Assembly: GCA_964609145.1 (NCBI GenBank)
Contig: CAZSRI010000006.1
Span: 1 to 54,301, forward strand
Direction: 5' to 3'
DNA length: 54,301 bases
Source: an uncultured Chloroflexota bacterium
GTDB taxonomy: Bacteria; Chloroflexota; Limnocylindria; P2-11E
Positions 1 through 8,339 of this stretch are shown piece after piece; positions within the stretch are counted from its first letter, which is position 1; every line of letters begins with the position of its first letter. A program made the translations under genes and the position numbers. The notes under the pieces were generated by a model. The model saw only the letters and a list, made by a program, of their open reading frames with translations. It made no database searches and was not told the DNA's origin.

Positions 1-74
1 CGCTCAAGGGCGACAGCTACCGCCTCCGCGGCAAGGACCTCGACGCCGGTCGGCGCTCGAAAGCAGCGGACTAA
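1..74 (+). CDS. istB: IS21-family helper ATPase IstB, C-terminal fragment
   Basis: Frame from nt 3 reads LKGDSYRLRGKDLDAGRRSKAAD* (TAA 72-74); GxSYR is the typical IstB C-terminal motif; IS21-type right end follows. Confidence 0.85.
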   Translation, partial: LKGDSYRLRGKDLDAGRRSKAAD

Positions 75-134
75 AGAGCGGTCACCTTCTCGGAACCGGC
101 CTTGGGGGCGAGGTGTATGGAGAGCATCAGGACC

Positions 135-752
135 ATGGACGCTCTGCTGAGAGCCCGCCGTGTGTGCGCGGCCGCTGCGGTCGCGGCGGGGCTCGTTCTC
201 CTGACCACACAGGCCGCCGGCGCGATGTCGCTGCGGATGAGCGTCGATCCGGCTCAGCCCGAGGTCGGACAGCCAGCCCGCGTCAGCGTGCTGACCCTGG
301 CCCCCTTCAGCAACGATTGCGTCAATGATCCGAGGGCGGACATGCGGCCGTGGTGGGACTGGAACGGCAACGGCGGCAAGGACCTGCGCTTCGACCTCAA
401 GGCGTTCCAGGCCGACCGCGTGCTCGACATTCCGCTGACCCGGCGCGAGAGCGACCCGGCGTACTGGGATGGCAGCGTCGCGTTCCCGGCGGCGGGCGAG
501 TGGACCGTTCGGATGGTCTCTCCGCTCTGGGCAGGCGGAGCCGCGGCGGGCGAAGAGTGCGCGGGATCGCGGATCACGGTGATGGTGCGCTCAGGGTCGA
601 TGCCATCGACGACGACCGCCAGTGCGGGGCCAGCGTTGGCGGCCGCGCTGGCCGTCCTGATGCTCGGGATCGGCGGGGCGCTATTCGGTCTGCGGCGGAT
701 CAGCTCCGCCAAGACCTCTGCTGATGGCCATCCCCGACCCGGGGGTGGGTGA
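135..752 (+). CDS. Secreted, C-terminally anchored protein with Ig-like (YtkA/FixH-like) domain; start uncertain (102/117/135)
   Basis: Signal peptide ending AAGA; beta-rich domain with FPAAGEWTV; MPSTT motif, TM helix and RR tail. Confidence 0.65.
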   Translation: MDALLRARRVCAAAAVAAGLVLLTTQAAGAMSLRMSVDPAQPEVGQPARVSVLTLAPFSNDCVNDPRADMRPWWDWNGNGGKDLRFDLKAFQADRVLDIPLTRRESDPAYWDGSVAFPAAGEWTVRMVSPLWAGGAAAGEECAGSRITVMVRSGSMPSTTTASAGPALAAALAVLMLGIGGALFGLRRISSAKTSADGHPRPGGG

Positions 753-797
753 CCTTTCGACCGCCGAAGGTGGGTGCATTTTCGACCGCCGTTGACA
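744..797. repeat. IS21 right terminal tandem repeats / IRR
   Basis: Two copies of the GGTGGGTG..TTTCGACCGCCG unit plus terminal TGACA. Confidence 0.8.
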
Positions 798-868
798 GCC
801 CAGTTCGCAAAACCCGCGTTAAGTCCAAATCCCGTCTGCACTAAGTCCAGATCGACATCAACGACGTG

Positions 869-942
869 TGGGCAACGGAGGGCTCGAACCTCCGACCTTC
901 TCCTTGTAAGGGAGACGCTCTGACCAGCTGAGCTAGTTGCCC
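869..942 (-). tRNA. tRNA-Val(TAC)
   Basis: Reverse complement GGGCAACTAGCTCAGCTGGTCAGAGCGTCTCCC-TTACAA-GGAGAAGGTCGGAGGTTCGAGCCCTCCGTTGCCCA folds as a cloverleaf; CCA not encoded. Confidence 0.96.
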
Positions 943-954
943 GTGCTCAGCAGT

Positions 955-1443
955 TTAGGCGGTGAGGGGCTCCCAGACGATCCGCGGCGGCGGGAACAGG
1001 CGTACGTTCCGGCCCGCGATGAGGAGCGCGTCGGCGAGGCCCTCGAGGCGGCCGAGCTGCGTCGCGAAGTGATCGAGGCGCTCGGCCTGGCCCTCGTCTT
1101 CGGCCGCGGCGGGTTCGGCGCCGCGGCGAGCGAGCGTCTGCCACAACCGGAAGTAGTCGCGCGTGAGGTCGTCGGCGTACGCGGTCACCTGCGCCTCGTG
1201 GCGACAGCGCGAGAGCGTGAGGCTCGCGGACTCGAAGGCGGAGAGGCGTCCGAGGGCGGCGAGGAAGTCGATGCGGAGGCGCGACGCTTCGGCGTTCGCG
1301 GCGGCGGCGCGCGATCCGCGGTAGCGGTCGCCGAGCGACCGCGCGTCGCGCGAGAGGTCGCGATGACGCTCGTCGAGGCGCCGCCGGACGCGCTCGCCGC
1401 GCGCCGCGCGGCTCGTCCAGACGACGGGTGAGCGGGGCGGCAC
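955..1443 (-). CDS. Hypothetical alpha-helical protein
   Basis: Host-like codon usage; GTG 6 nt after a CATGAT -10-like hexamer. Confidence 0.6.
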   Translation of the reverse strand: MPPRSPVVWTSRAARGERVRRRLDERHRDLSRDARSLGDRYRGSRAAAANAEASRLRIDFLAALGRLSAFESASLTLSRCRHEAQVTAYADDLTRDYFRLWQTLARRGAEPAAAEDEGQAERLDHFATQLGRLEGLADALLIAGRNVRLFPPPRIVWEPLTA

Positions 1444-1508
1444 GCGAGGATCATGCGTGCACGCCGGGCGAGGAACAAGACTGTTGCGCCAGGGGTTGGT
1501 GTGAGAGA

Positions 1509-1970
1509 ATGAATGGACCAAGGCTCACCGAGCTGCTCCTCTCGTCCGCCCGGACGATCGCCGTCGTCGGCTACAGCGACAAGCCCTTCCGTCCCGCCAG
1601 CTCCGTCTCGGCATACCTGCGCTCGCAGGGGTACCGCATCGTTCCCGTGAACCCGCGCCTCCGTGGCCGCGAGGTCGACGGGGAGCGCTCGTACGCCAGG
1701 CTCACCGACATTCCGGAGAGCGTGCGGATCGACCTCGTCGACGTGTTCCGCCGGGGCGAGTTCCTCGACGACGTCGTCGACGACGCGATCGCCGCCGGCG
1801 TGCCCGCCATCTGGTTCCAGCTCGAACTCGGGAACATCGCCGCCGCGGAGCGCGCGGAGCGCGCCGGAATGAAGGTCGTGTGGGATCGCTGCACCGCGGT
1901 CGAGCACCGCGCGCTGCGCGCACGACGCGGCGATGGCGCCGCGCACGACGGGAGCGCCTGCCCGATCTAG
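1509..1970 (+). CDS. CoA-binding protein (YccU-like)
   Basis: IAVVGYSDKPFRPAS, IVPVNP, DLVDVFRR, IWFQL, VVWDRC motifs. Confidence 0.9.
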   Translation: MNGPRLTELLLSSARTIAVVGYSDKPFRPASSVSAYLRSQGYRIVPVNPRLRGREVDGERSYARLTDIPESVRIDLVDVFRRGEFLDDVVDDAIAAGVPAIWFQLELGNIAAAERAERAGMKVVWDRCTAVEHRALRARRGDGAAHDGSACPI

Positions 1971-2473
1971 AAACGCCCGCGCGGCGTGGCCGCCAGCTCC
2001 TTCGACACGTCCTCACCGCTCGCGACGCGCCGCCAGAAGCCGTCGATCTCGATCCGCGGGTTGGCCGCGCGCAGCGCCTCGATCAGCACGGCGAGGTCGC
2101 GCAGGCGGTACGGCTTCGTGTTCACGCGAACCGTGCTCGACCGCCCGCGCGCGATGAGGTAGGGCGCCGACAGCCCGCCGTGCGCGCCCGAGTAGCGCTT
2201 CGCGTCGACGCGCTGGATCGACCCGACCGCGACACGGCGATCCCGCAGCCCCAGCCAGGACCGATACACGAGCTCGTCGGCGTCGAGCGACAGCGACGTC
2301 ACGTACAGGTGGTCCAGAACGATCGCTGTGTTCAGCAGAAGGAGCCCGATCGCGATGGCGATGAGGGCTCCGTCGCGGCCGCTCACGCCGAAGACGAGGA
2401 CGAGCAGGAGAGCGAGCGGAAAGAGCGTGTACGCGGGCCAGAGCAGGGCGGGGTCGGGACGGACGGGCCTCAT
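1967..2473 (-). CDS. Hypothetical membrane protein (2 TM plus bacterial PH-like domain)
   Basis: Two hydrophobic helices followed by a beta-rich soluble region. Confidence 0.65.
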   Translation of the reverse strand: MRPVRPDPALLWPAYTLFPLALLLVLVFGVSGRDGALIAIAIGLLLLNTAIVLDHLYVTSLSLDADELVYRSWLGLRDRRVAVGSIQRVDAKRYSGAHGGLSAPYLIARGRSSTVRVNTKPYRLRDLAVLIEALRAANPRIEIDGFWRRVASGEDVSKELAATPRGRF

Positions 2474-2526
2474 CCGACGAGACTAGCCGTCGGCCACCGG
2501 CCGAAGCGGTGGGTCGCCGCTCCGCC

Positions 2527-3054
2527 CTACTCGCCGGTGAACTGCCGGGCGTTCCCCATGTGCGGCCAGACGAGGGCCTGCACGTTCGAGAGGATCTGCT
2601 TCGTGTGGCTGCGGTCGTGATGCACCCACTCGTGGAGGAGGTCGCGCACGCTGAGCACGCCCACCTTTCCGTGCACGCACTCGCGCGCGAGCTGGTCGTC
2701 ACGGAGCGAGCGCACCATCTCGATCGCGCCGTGGCGCTGCCCCATCCATTCCATGAACAGGCTCTGGATCATGCGGTCGCAGTCGCGGCGCTCGCGGGCG
2801 ACCGCGATCTGGTCCCACGGCGCCTCGCGCGGTCGGTCCCGCTCGATCGCGCGAGTGATCCGGCCCACGAAGCCGCGCTTGTCGGACTCGACGAGGTGCC
2901 CGAGCACCTCGTTCACGCACCACTGGCCGGGGGCGGGATGCCAGCGCGCCTCGGCGTCCGTGAGCGACCCGGTCTCGCCCTGAAGGAGCGCGACGGTCGA
3001 GGCGAGCAGGCCGGCGATGCGCGCGGGCGCCAGCGGCGCGGAAGTCTCGGCCAC
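2527..3054 (-). CDS. DinB/YfiT-family protein
   Basis: PAPGQWCVNEVLGHL...HHDRSHTKQI metal-binding His pattern. Confidence 0.88.
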   Translation of the reverse strand: MAETSAPLAPARIAGLLASTVALLQGETGSLTDAEARWHPAPGQWCVNEVLGHLVESDKRGFVGRITRAIERDRPREAPWDQIAVARERRDCDRMIQSLFMEWMGQRHGAIEMVRSLRDDQLARECVHGKVGVLSVRDLLHEWVHHDRSHTKQILSNVQALVWPHMGNARQFTGE

Positions 3055-3121
3055 GCGTGGAGCGTACGCCCGCCGACCGCGACCGCGGCCCTGCCGTGCT
3101 GGTAGACTGGTGTTCCCCCGC

Positions 3122-3205
3122 GCGGAAGTGGTGGAATGGCAGACACGCGAGTTCGAGGGGCTCGTGCCCGTTGAGGGCGTGGGGGTTCAAGTCCCCCCTT
3201 CCGCA
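3122..3205 (+). tRNA. tRNA-Leu(GAG), with C33 instead of U33
   Basis: GCGGAAG/CTTCCGC acceptor; CGAGT-TCGAGGG-GCTCG anticodon arm; long variable arm; GGTTCAAGTCC T arm; TAGACT -10 upstream. Confidence 0.92.
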
Positions 3206-3212
3206 CCGAGCA

Positions 3213-3241
3213 GCGCCGGCGAAAGCCGGCGTTCTTCATTT
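3213..3241 (+). terminator. Intrinsic terminator after tRNA-Leu
   Basis: CGCCGGC-GAAA-GCCGGCG hairpin followed by TTCTTCATTT. Confidence 0.7.
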
Positions 3242-4266
3242 CACCGGAGGATGAAGCCCTCCGCGAGCGGGTCGTCGGGGGCGACGAGGAACTCGTGGCG
3301 GCCCGTGATCCACGCGCTCCCCTCGACCTCGGGCACGACCGCGTCGTAGCGCTCCCAGCGGCACGACCGCGCGACCCGGCCGGCGAACGTCGTGCCGATG
3401 ATGCTCTCGACGACGATCTCGTCGCCGTCGCGCATGCGCCCGCGCGCGTGCTCGATCGCGACGCGTCCGGACACGCCTGTGCCGGTCGGCGATCGGTCGA
3501 CCTCGCCTTCGGCGAACACGCAGACGTTCCGCAGCGTCCCGCCCGCGAGCGGCGGCCCGTGGAAGATCGTCCCGTACAGGAACCCGAGGCTCGGCTCGGT
3601 CGGGTGACGGATCTCGCGTGACGTCATGACCGCTCGCTTGATCGCCACCCCCGCCGCGATGATCTCGCGGTAGCCCTCGGCCGTGAGCGTGAGCCCGAGC
3701 GGGACCGCATCGACGTACGCGTAGAACGCGCCGCCGAACGCGAGGTCGTAGCGCACGCGGCCGAGGTCCGGAACGTCGACCTCGGCGTCGAGCTCGACGG
3801 CGAACGAGGGCACGTTCTCGAACGCGACGGAACGCACGTGGCCGCCGTCGAGCCGCGGTCGCGCGGTGACGCGCCCCGCGGGTGCGTCGATCCGGATCTC
3901 GCGCCTGCCGTCGAGCATCCCCGTCGTCACGACGACCGTCGCGAGCCCGATGATCCCGTGGCCGCACATCGTGCTCCAGCCCTCGTTGTGTAGGAACAGG
4001 ACGCCGAGGTCGCCGTCGGCCGTCACGGGCTGGGTCGGGATCGCGCCGTACATGTCGGCATGGCCGCGCGGCTCGAAGATGAGCGTGCGGCGCAGGCCGT
4101 CGAGATGCTGCTGCGCGTAGCGGCGCTTCTCGGGGATCGTCGCGCCGGGGATCGGACCGGCGCCGTCGAGCACGACGCGCAGCGGCTCGCCCGCCGCGTG
4201 CGCGTCGATCGTCCGGACGACGCGCCAGCCCTCGGGCGGCTCCCACTCGCGCGCCCGCATCAGCAC
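3241..4266 (-). CDS. Proline racemase family, trans-3-hydroxy-L-proline dehydratase type (Cys/Thr)
   Basis: DAHAAGEPLR, EPRGHADMYG, MCGHG and DRSPTGTG (Thr replaces the second catalytic Cys). Confidence 0.9.
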   Translation of the reverse strand: MLMRAREWEPPEGWRVVRTIDAHAAGEPLRVVLDGAGPIPGATIPEKRRYAQQHLDGLRRTLIFEPRGHADMYGAIPTQPVTADGDLGVLFLHNEGWSTMCGHGIIGLATVVVTTGMLDGRREIRIDAPAGRVTARPRLDGGHVRSVAFENVPSFAVELDAEVDVPDLGRVRYDLAFGGAFYAYVDAVPLGLTLTAEGYREIIAAGVAIKRAVMTSREIRHPTEPSLGFLYGTIFHGPPLAGGTLRNVCVFAEGEVDRSPTGTGVSGRVAIEHARGRMRDGDEIVVESIIGTTFAGRVARSCRWERYDAVVPEVEGSAWITGRHEFLVAPDDPLAEGFILR

Positions 4267-4285
4267 GGCGCGAGCGTATCCCTGC

Positions 4286-5728
4286 TCAAATGAGCCGACG
4301 CGCCCACGCGCCGCTGCGGAAGCGCAGCGCGAGGAGGCCCGCACGCACGGCGTAGTCGATGGCGACCGCGGCCCACACGCCCGCGAGCCCCCAGCCGACG
4401 ACGAGGCCGAGCACGACCGCGAGCGGGAAGCGCACGACGAACCAGTTCACCACCGTCGCCGCGAGCGTGTAGCGCGTGTCGCCCGCGCCGCGGAGGGCGC
4501 CGCCGACCGTGAAGATGACGGCCTGCGCCGGCTGCGCGATGCCGACGACGACCATCGCGCCGAGCCCAGCCGCGACGACCGCGCTCGAGGACGTGAACAG
4601 CCCGAGGAACGCCGCCGGGAACAGCACGAAGAGCAGCCCGGCGACGCTCGTCCAGAGCGCCGCCATGCGCGTGGCGGCCCACCCGACCGTTGACGCGCGC
4701 TTCGGCTGATGCATGCCGAGCGACTGGCCGACGAGCGCCGACGCGGCGGCGGAGAAGCCGATGCACGGCAGGAACGAGATCGCCTCGACCTGGGAGATGA
4801 TCTGGTGCGCCGCGAACGCGTCGGTCCCGAGGCGGAACACGATGCCGCTCAGCGCGAGGATGCCGACGCTGAAGAGCAGCGTCTCCCCCATCGAGGGCAG
4901 GCTGATCGACATGAGCGACCGCGCGACCACCGGCTGGAACGACCAGGTCCCGCCCGCGATCCGCAGGCCCGCGCGGCCGCGCCAGAGCATCGCGAGCGTC
5001 ACCGCGAGGAACGCGGTCGCGACGCCGACCTGCGCGTACGCGGCGCCCATGAGGCCCACGCGCGCGACGAACACGAGCACGTACGTGAGCGGGACGACGA
5101 GCGCCGACGCGCCGAGCGAGAGCCACATCGGGGTCCGCGCGTCGCCGGCGGACCGCAGCGCGTTCACGCCGATGATCGACAGGGTCTGGAAGATGTTCAG
5201 CCCGCCGACGAGCGTGAGGAACGGCGCCGCGGCGTCGACGACCTCGGCGTCCGCGCCGATGAGCGCGAGGAGCGGTCGCGCGAACAGGGCGAACCCGACG
5301 CCGGACACCACCCCGAGGACGGTCGCGAGCACGATCGACTGCCGGACGACGTCGGCCGCCGCGTCCATGCGGCCCTCGCCGATGCGGCGGCTGACGAGCG
5401 CGACGGTCCCGGTGGAGAGCGCGCCCCAGATCGGGAAGAGCAGGAAGAGGAACTGGCCCGACGCGCCCATCGCCGCCGTCGCGACGGCCCCGAGCTGTCC
5501 GACGATCGCGAACGAGACGATCTGGCCGCTCGCGCGCACGAACTGCTCGACGATGCCGGGCCACGCGAGCTCGATCGCCGCCCGCGCCGGCGACATCGCG
5601 GCCAGCTCGAGCGCGCGCGGGCTGAGCGCGCTCGGCGCGGCCTCGAGCGGCTGCGGCTCCGGCGCGGGCTCCGGCGGCGCCGAGAGCGGCGCGGCGGACT
5701 CGTCGAACTCGAAGGCGGTGCGGCTCAG
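4286..5728 (-). CDS. MATE family efflux transporter (probable CTG start at 5728; first ATG at 5596)
   Basis: Multi-TM pattern, duplicated RSAGDARTPM/RGAGDTRYT motifs; frame stays open up to the CTGA overlap with the selD stop. Confidence 0.88.
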   Translation of the reverse strand: MSRTAFEFDESAAPLSAPPEPAPEPQPLEAAPSALSPRALELAAMSPARAAIELAWPGIVEQFVRASGQIVSFAIVGQLGAVATAAMGASGQFLFLLFPIWGALSTGTVALVSRRIGEGRMDAAADVVRQSIVLATVLGVVSGVGFALFARPLLALIGADAEVVDAAAPFLTLVGGLNIFQTLSIIGVNALRSAGDARTPMWLSLGASALVVPLTYVLVFVARVGLMGAAYAQVGVATAFLAVTLAMLWRGRAGLRIAGGTWSFQPVVARSLMSISLPSMGETLLFSVGILALSGIVFRLGTDAFAAHQIISQVEAISFLPCIGFSAAASALVGQSLGMHQPKRASTVGWAATRMAALWTSVAGLLFVLFPAAFLGLFTSSSAVVAAGLGAMVVVGIAQPAQAVIFTVGGALRGAGDTRYTLAATVVNWFVVRFPLAVVLGLVVGWGLAGVWAAVAIDYAVRAGLLALRFRSGAWARRLI

Positions 5729-6771
5729 GCGGTCACGACCACGCCGGAGCCCTCGACGGCCTCGCCGATCGCCCAGCCGCGTGCGCCGTGCGCCGCGAGC
5801 GCGCGCTCCCAGTCGGCGCGATGCGCGCGCGGGACGCCGACGAGCAGTCCGCCCGAGGTCTGCGGGTCGAGCACGAGGAGCGTCGTCGCCTCGTCGATCC
5901 CCTCGAGGCGCACGAGGCCTTCCCCCAGGAAGTGCTCGCGGTTCCGCTCCATGCCGCCGAAGTCGACGCCCGCCTCGGCGTGACGACGCGCCCCCGGCAG
6001 GAGCGGGACCGCGCCCGCGCGGATCCGCACCTGCACGCCCGACCGCTCGGCCATCTCGTGCGCGTGCCCGACGAGGCCGAACCCGGTGACGTCCGTGGCC
6101 GCGTGCAGCCCCGAGTCGACGTCGGCGCGCGCCGTCGCGCGGTTCAGCGCGGCCATGCTCGCGATCGCCGACGCTAGGTCCTCCGGGTCGATGAGCCCGC
6201 GCTTGTGCGCGGTCGTGAGGATCCCCGTCCCGATCGGCTTCGTCAGCCAGATCTCGTCACCGGCTCGCACGTGCTGCTTGAGGAGGAGATGGCGCGGATC
6301 GATCCGCCCCGTGACGCACTGCCCGAACTTCGGCTCGCGGTCGATGATCGTGTGGCCGCCCGCGACGACGCCGCCGGCCTCCCGCACCTTGTCGACGGCT
6401 CCCGCGAAGATCCGCTCGAGCACGTCGGTGGGGACGTCCTCGGGCCACGCCGCGACGTTGAGCGCGAACAGGACCTCGCCGCCCATCGCGTACACGTCGG
6501 ACATGGCGTTCGCCGCGCCGATCTGCCCCGACGCGTACGCGTCGTCGACGATCGGCGGGAAGAAGTCGACGGTCTGCACGATGGCGACGTGGGGCGATAC
6601 CTCGTAGACGGCGGCGTCGTCGGACACCGCGAGCCCCACGAGGAGCTCCGATGGCATCGGCTGAGCGGCGAGAGGGCGCAGGACCTGCGCCAGTGGGCCG
6701 GGGCCCAGCTTCGCGCCTCAGCCGGCGCAGGTCGAGAGCGTCGTCAGCCTGATCTGATCTCGCGTGAACAC
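5725..6771 (-). CDS. selD: Selenide, water dikinase (selenophosphate synthetase), selenocysteine-containing
   Basis: MFTRDQIRLTTLSTCAG-UGA(6718-6720)-GAKLGPG continues in frame into DDAAVY, QTVDFF, NAMSDVYAMGG, DVTGFGL, DPQTSGGLL. Confidence 0.95.
6675..6707 (-). promoter_or_regulatory. Putative bacterial SECIS element of selD
   Basis: mRNA hairpin GGCGCA-GGUCC-UGCGCC starting 26 nt 3' of the UGA, preceded by a UGGGCC/GGCCCA hairpin; apical part resembles the fdhF-type GCAGGUCUGC. Confidence 0.7.
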
Positions 6772-6790
6772 GTGCGGAGGATACGTGCGC

Positions 6791-6967
6791 CTACAGCGGG
6801 GTCCGGATGGCCGTCCACCACACGCCCGCGGCGAGCGCGATGAGGAGGGTCGCGAGCGCGAGGTTCGAGAGCTGCCGCTCGCGCCTGAAGATGACGAGCA
6901 GGAGGAGGAGCGCGGCGGCGGCCGCGAGCGCGAGGGCGAGGGCCACGAAGAGCAGCTGCGGACTCAA
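6791..6967 (-). CDS. Small 2-TM membrane protein (58 aa), not in the ORF track
   Basis: TTG start; MSPQLLFVALALALAAAALLLLLVIFRRERQLSNLALATLLIALAAGVWWTAIRTPL*; host codon usage. Confidence 0.75.
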   Translation of the reverse strand: MSPQLLFVALALALAAAAALLLLLVIFRRERQLSNLALATLLIALAAGVWWTAIRTPL

Positions 6968-6971
6968 ATGA

Positions 6972-8339
6972 GGCTCCTCGCCGTTCTGAGTGGGTACGCT
7001 GACCGGCGCAGGGTGGCCGGGGAGCGAGAGGCTGCGGCTGTGGAGGCTCGGCTGTGCGCGAGGTGCAGCAGCTCTTCGAGAAGGCCCTGGGCCTCGTCCC
7101 GCCGTGGAAGGTCACGCGCTCCGAGTTCGATCCGGAGGCGGCACGGCTCGACCTCTTCCTCGACTTCGAGCGCGGCGCGCGTTTCCGCTGCCCGGACTGC
7201 GGCGCCGAGGGCTGTCCCGTCCACGACACTGAGGACAAGGACTGGCGGCACCTGAACTTCATGCAGTACCCCGTGTACCTGCACGCGCGCGTGCCGCGCA
7301 TCCGCTGCGAGAAGGACGGGGTGCGCCGGGTCGAGCTGCCCTGGGCGCGAGCGGGCTCGGGGTTCACCCACCTCTTCGAAGGTCTGGTCATGACGCTCGC
7401 CGCCGAGATGCCGGTGCGCGCGATCGCCCGCCTGCTCGGCGAGCACGACACCCGCATCTGGCGCATCGTCCACTTCCACATCGACCAGGCCCGGTCGCGG
7501 GAGGACCTCTCGGCCGTCCGCCACGTCGGCATCGATGAGACCAGCCGCCGGCGCGGCCACCATTACGCGACGCTGTTCTGTGACCTGGAGCGCGCCAAGC
7601 TCCTCTTCGCGACGGAAGGCAAGGACGCCGCGGCGTTCGCGCGCTTCAAGGCCGACCTCATCGCCCACCGCGGCGGGCCGGCGCAGCTGCGCGAGCTGTG
7701 CATGGACATGTCTCCCGCGTTCATCACCGGCGCGACCGAGCACTTCCCGGGCGTGCCGATCACCTTCGACCGCTACCACCTCATGGCGAGCCTCGACTTC
7801 GCCGTCGACCAGGTGCGCCGCGCTGACCAGGCGCCCCCCTCGCCGCGCGTGCCGCTGCGCCGCCTGCGGCAGCTGCACCGCCCGGGGGCGGCGCCCTCCG
7901 CGACGCTCAAGCACAGCCGCTTCCTGTGGCTGCGCGATCCCCGCCGGCTCAGCGAGCGGCAGCGGGCCCGGCTCGAGCGCCTGGCGCAGTTGCATCAACG
8001 CACCGGCCGGGCGTACCGGCTCAAGCTCGCCTTCGCCGAGCTGTACACGACGGCACCCGAGGAGGCCGAGGCGCACCTGCGGCGCTGGTACGCCTGGGCG
8101 ATCCGCTCGCGCCTGCATCCGATCGTCGAGTTCGCGCGCACCGTGAAGGAGCACTGGGACGGCGTGCTGCGCTGGTTCACCAGCCGCGTGAGCAATGGGA
8201 TCCTCGAGGCCATCGGCAGCCTCGTCCAGGCGGCGAAGCGCCGGGCGCGCGGGTACCGCACGACCGAAAACCTCATCGCCATCGCCTATCTCGTGGCAGG
8301 CAAGCTCGACTTTGCGGCCACGTGAGATAGCGAGGAGCC
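6972..8339 (+). mobile_element. ISL3-family insertion sequence (1368 bp)
   Basis: Terminal IRs GGCTCCTCGC.../...GCGAGGAGCC; 8-bp target duplication TCAAATGA at 6964-6971 and 8340-8347. Confidence 0.95.
7054..8325 (+). CDS. ISL3-family DDE transposase
   Basis: CPDCG zinc finger, WRHLNF, LHARVPR, GIDETS, CMDMS, FDRYH, SNGILEA, KRRARGYR. Confidence 0.95.
   Translation: MREVQQLFEKALGLVPPWKVTRSEFDPEAARLDLFLDFERGARFRCPDCGAEGCPVHDTEDKDWRHLNFMQYPVYLHARVPRIRCEKDGVRRVELPWARAGSGFTHLFEGLVMTLAAEMPVRAIARLLGEHDTRIWRIVHFHIDQARSREDLSAVRHVGIDETSRRRGHHYATLFCDLERAKLLFATEGKDAAAFARFKADLIAHRGGPAQLRELCMDMSPAFITGATEHFPGVPITFDRYHLMASLDFAVDQVRRADQAPPSPRVPLRRLRQLHRPGAAPSATLKHSRFLWLRDPRRLSERQRARLERLAQLHQRTGRAYRLKLAFAELYTTAPEEAEAHLRRWYAWAIRSRLHPIVEFARTVKEHWDGVLRWFTSRVSNGILEAIGSLVQAAKRRARGYRTTENLIAIAYLVAGKLDFAAT

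Larger units (their letters stand above)
1..797 (+). mobile_element. IS21-family element, right portion (with passenger gene)
   Basis: istB tail, then two 25-bp-period repeats GGTGGGTG..(C/T)TTTCGACCGCCG starting at 744 and 769, ending ...GTTGACA at 797 (TG...CA terminus). Confidence 0.8.
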
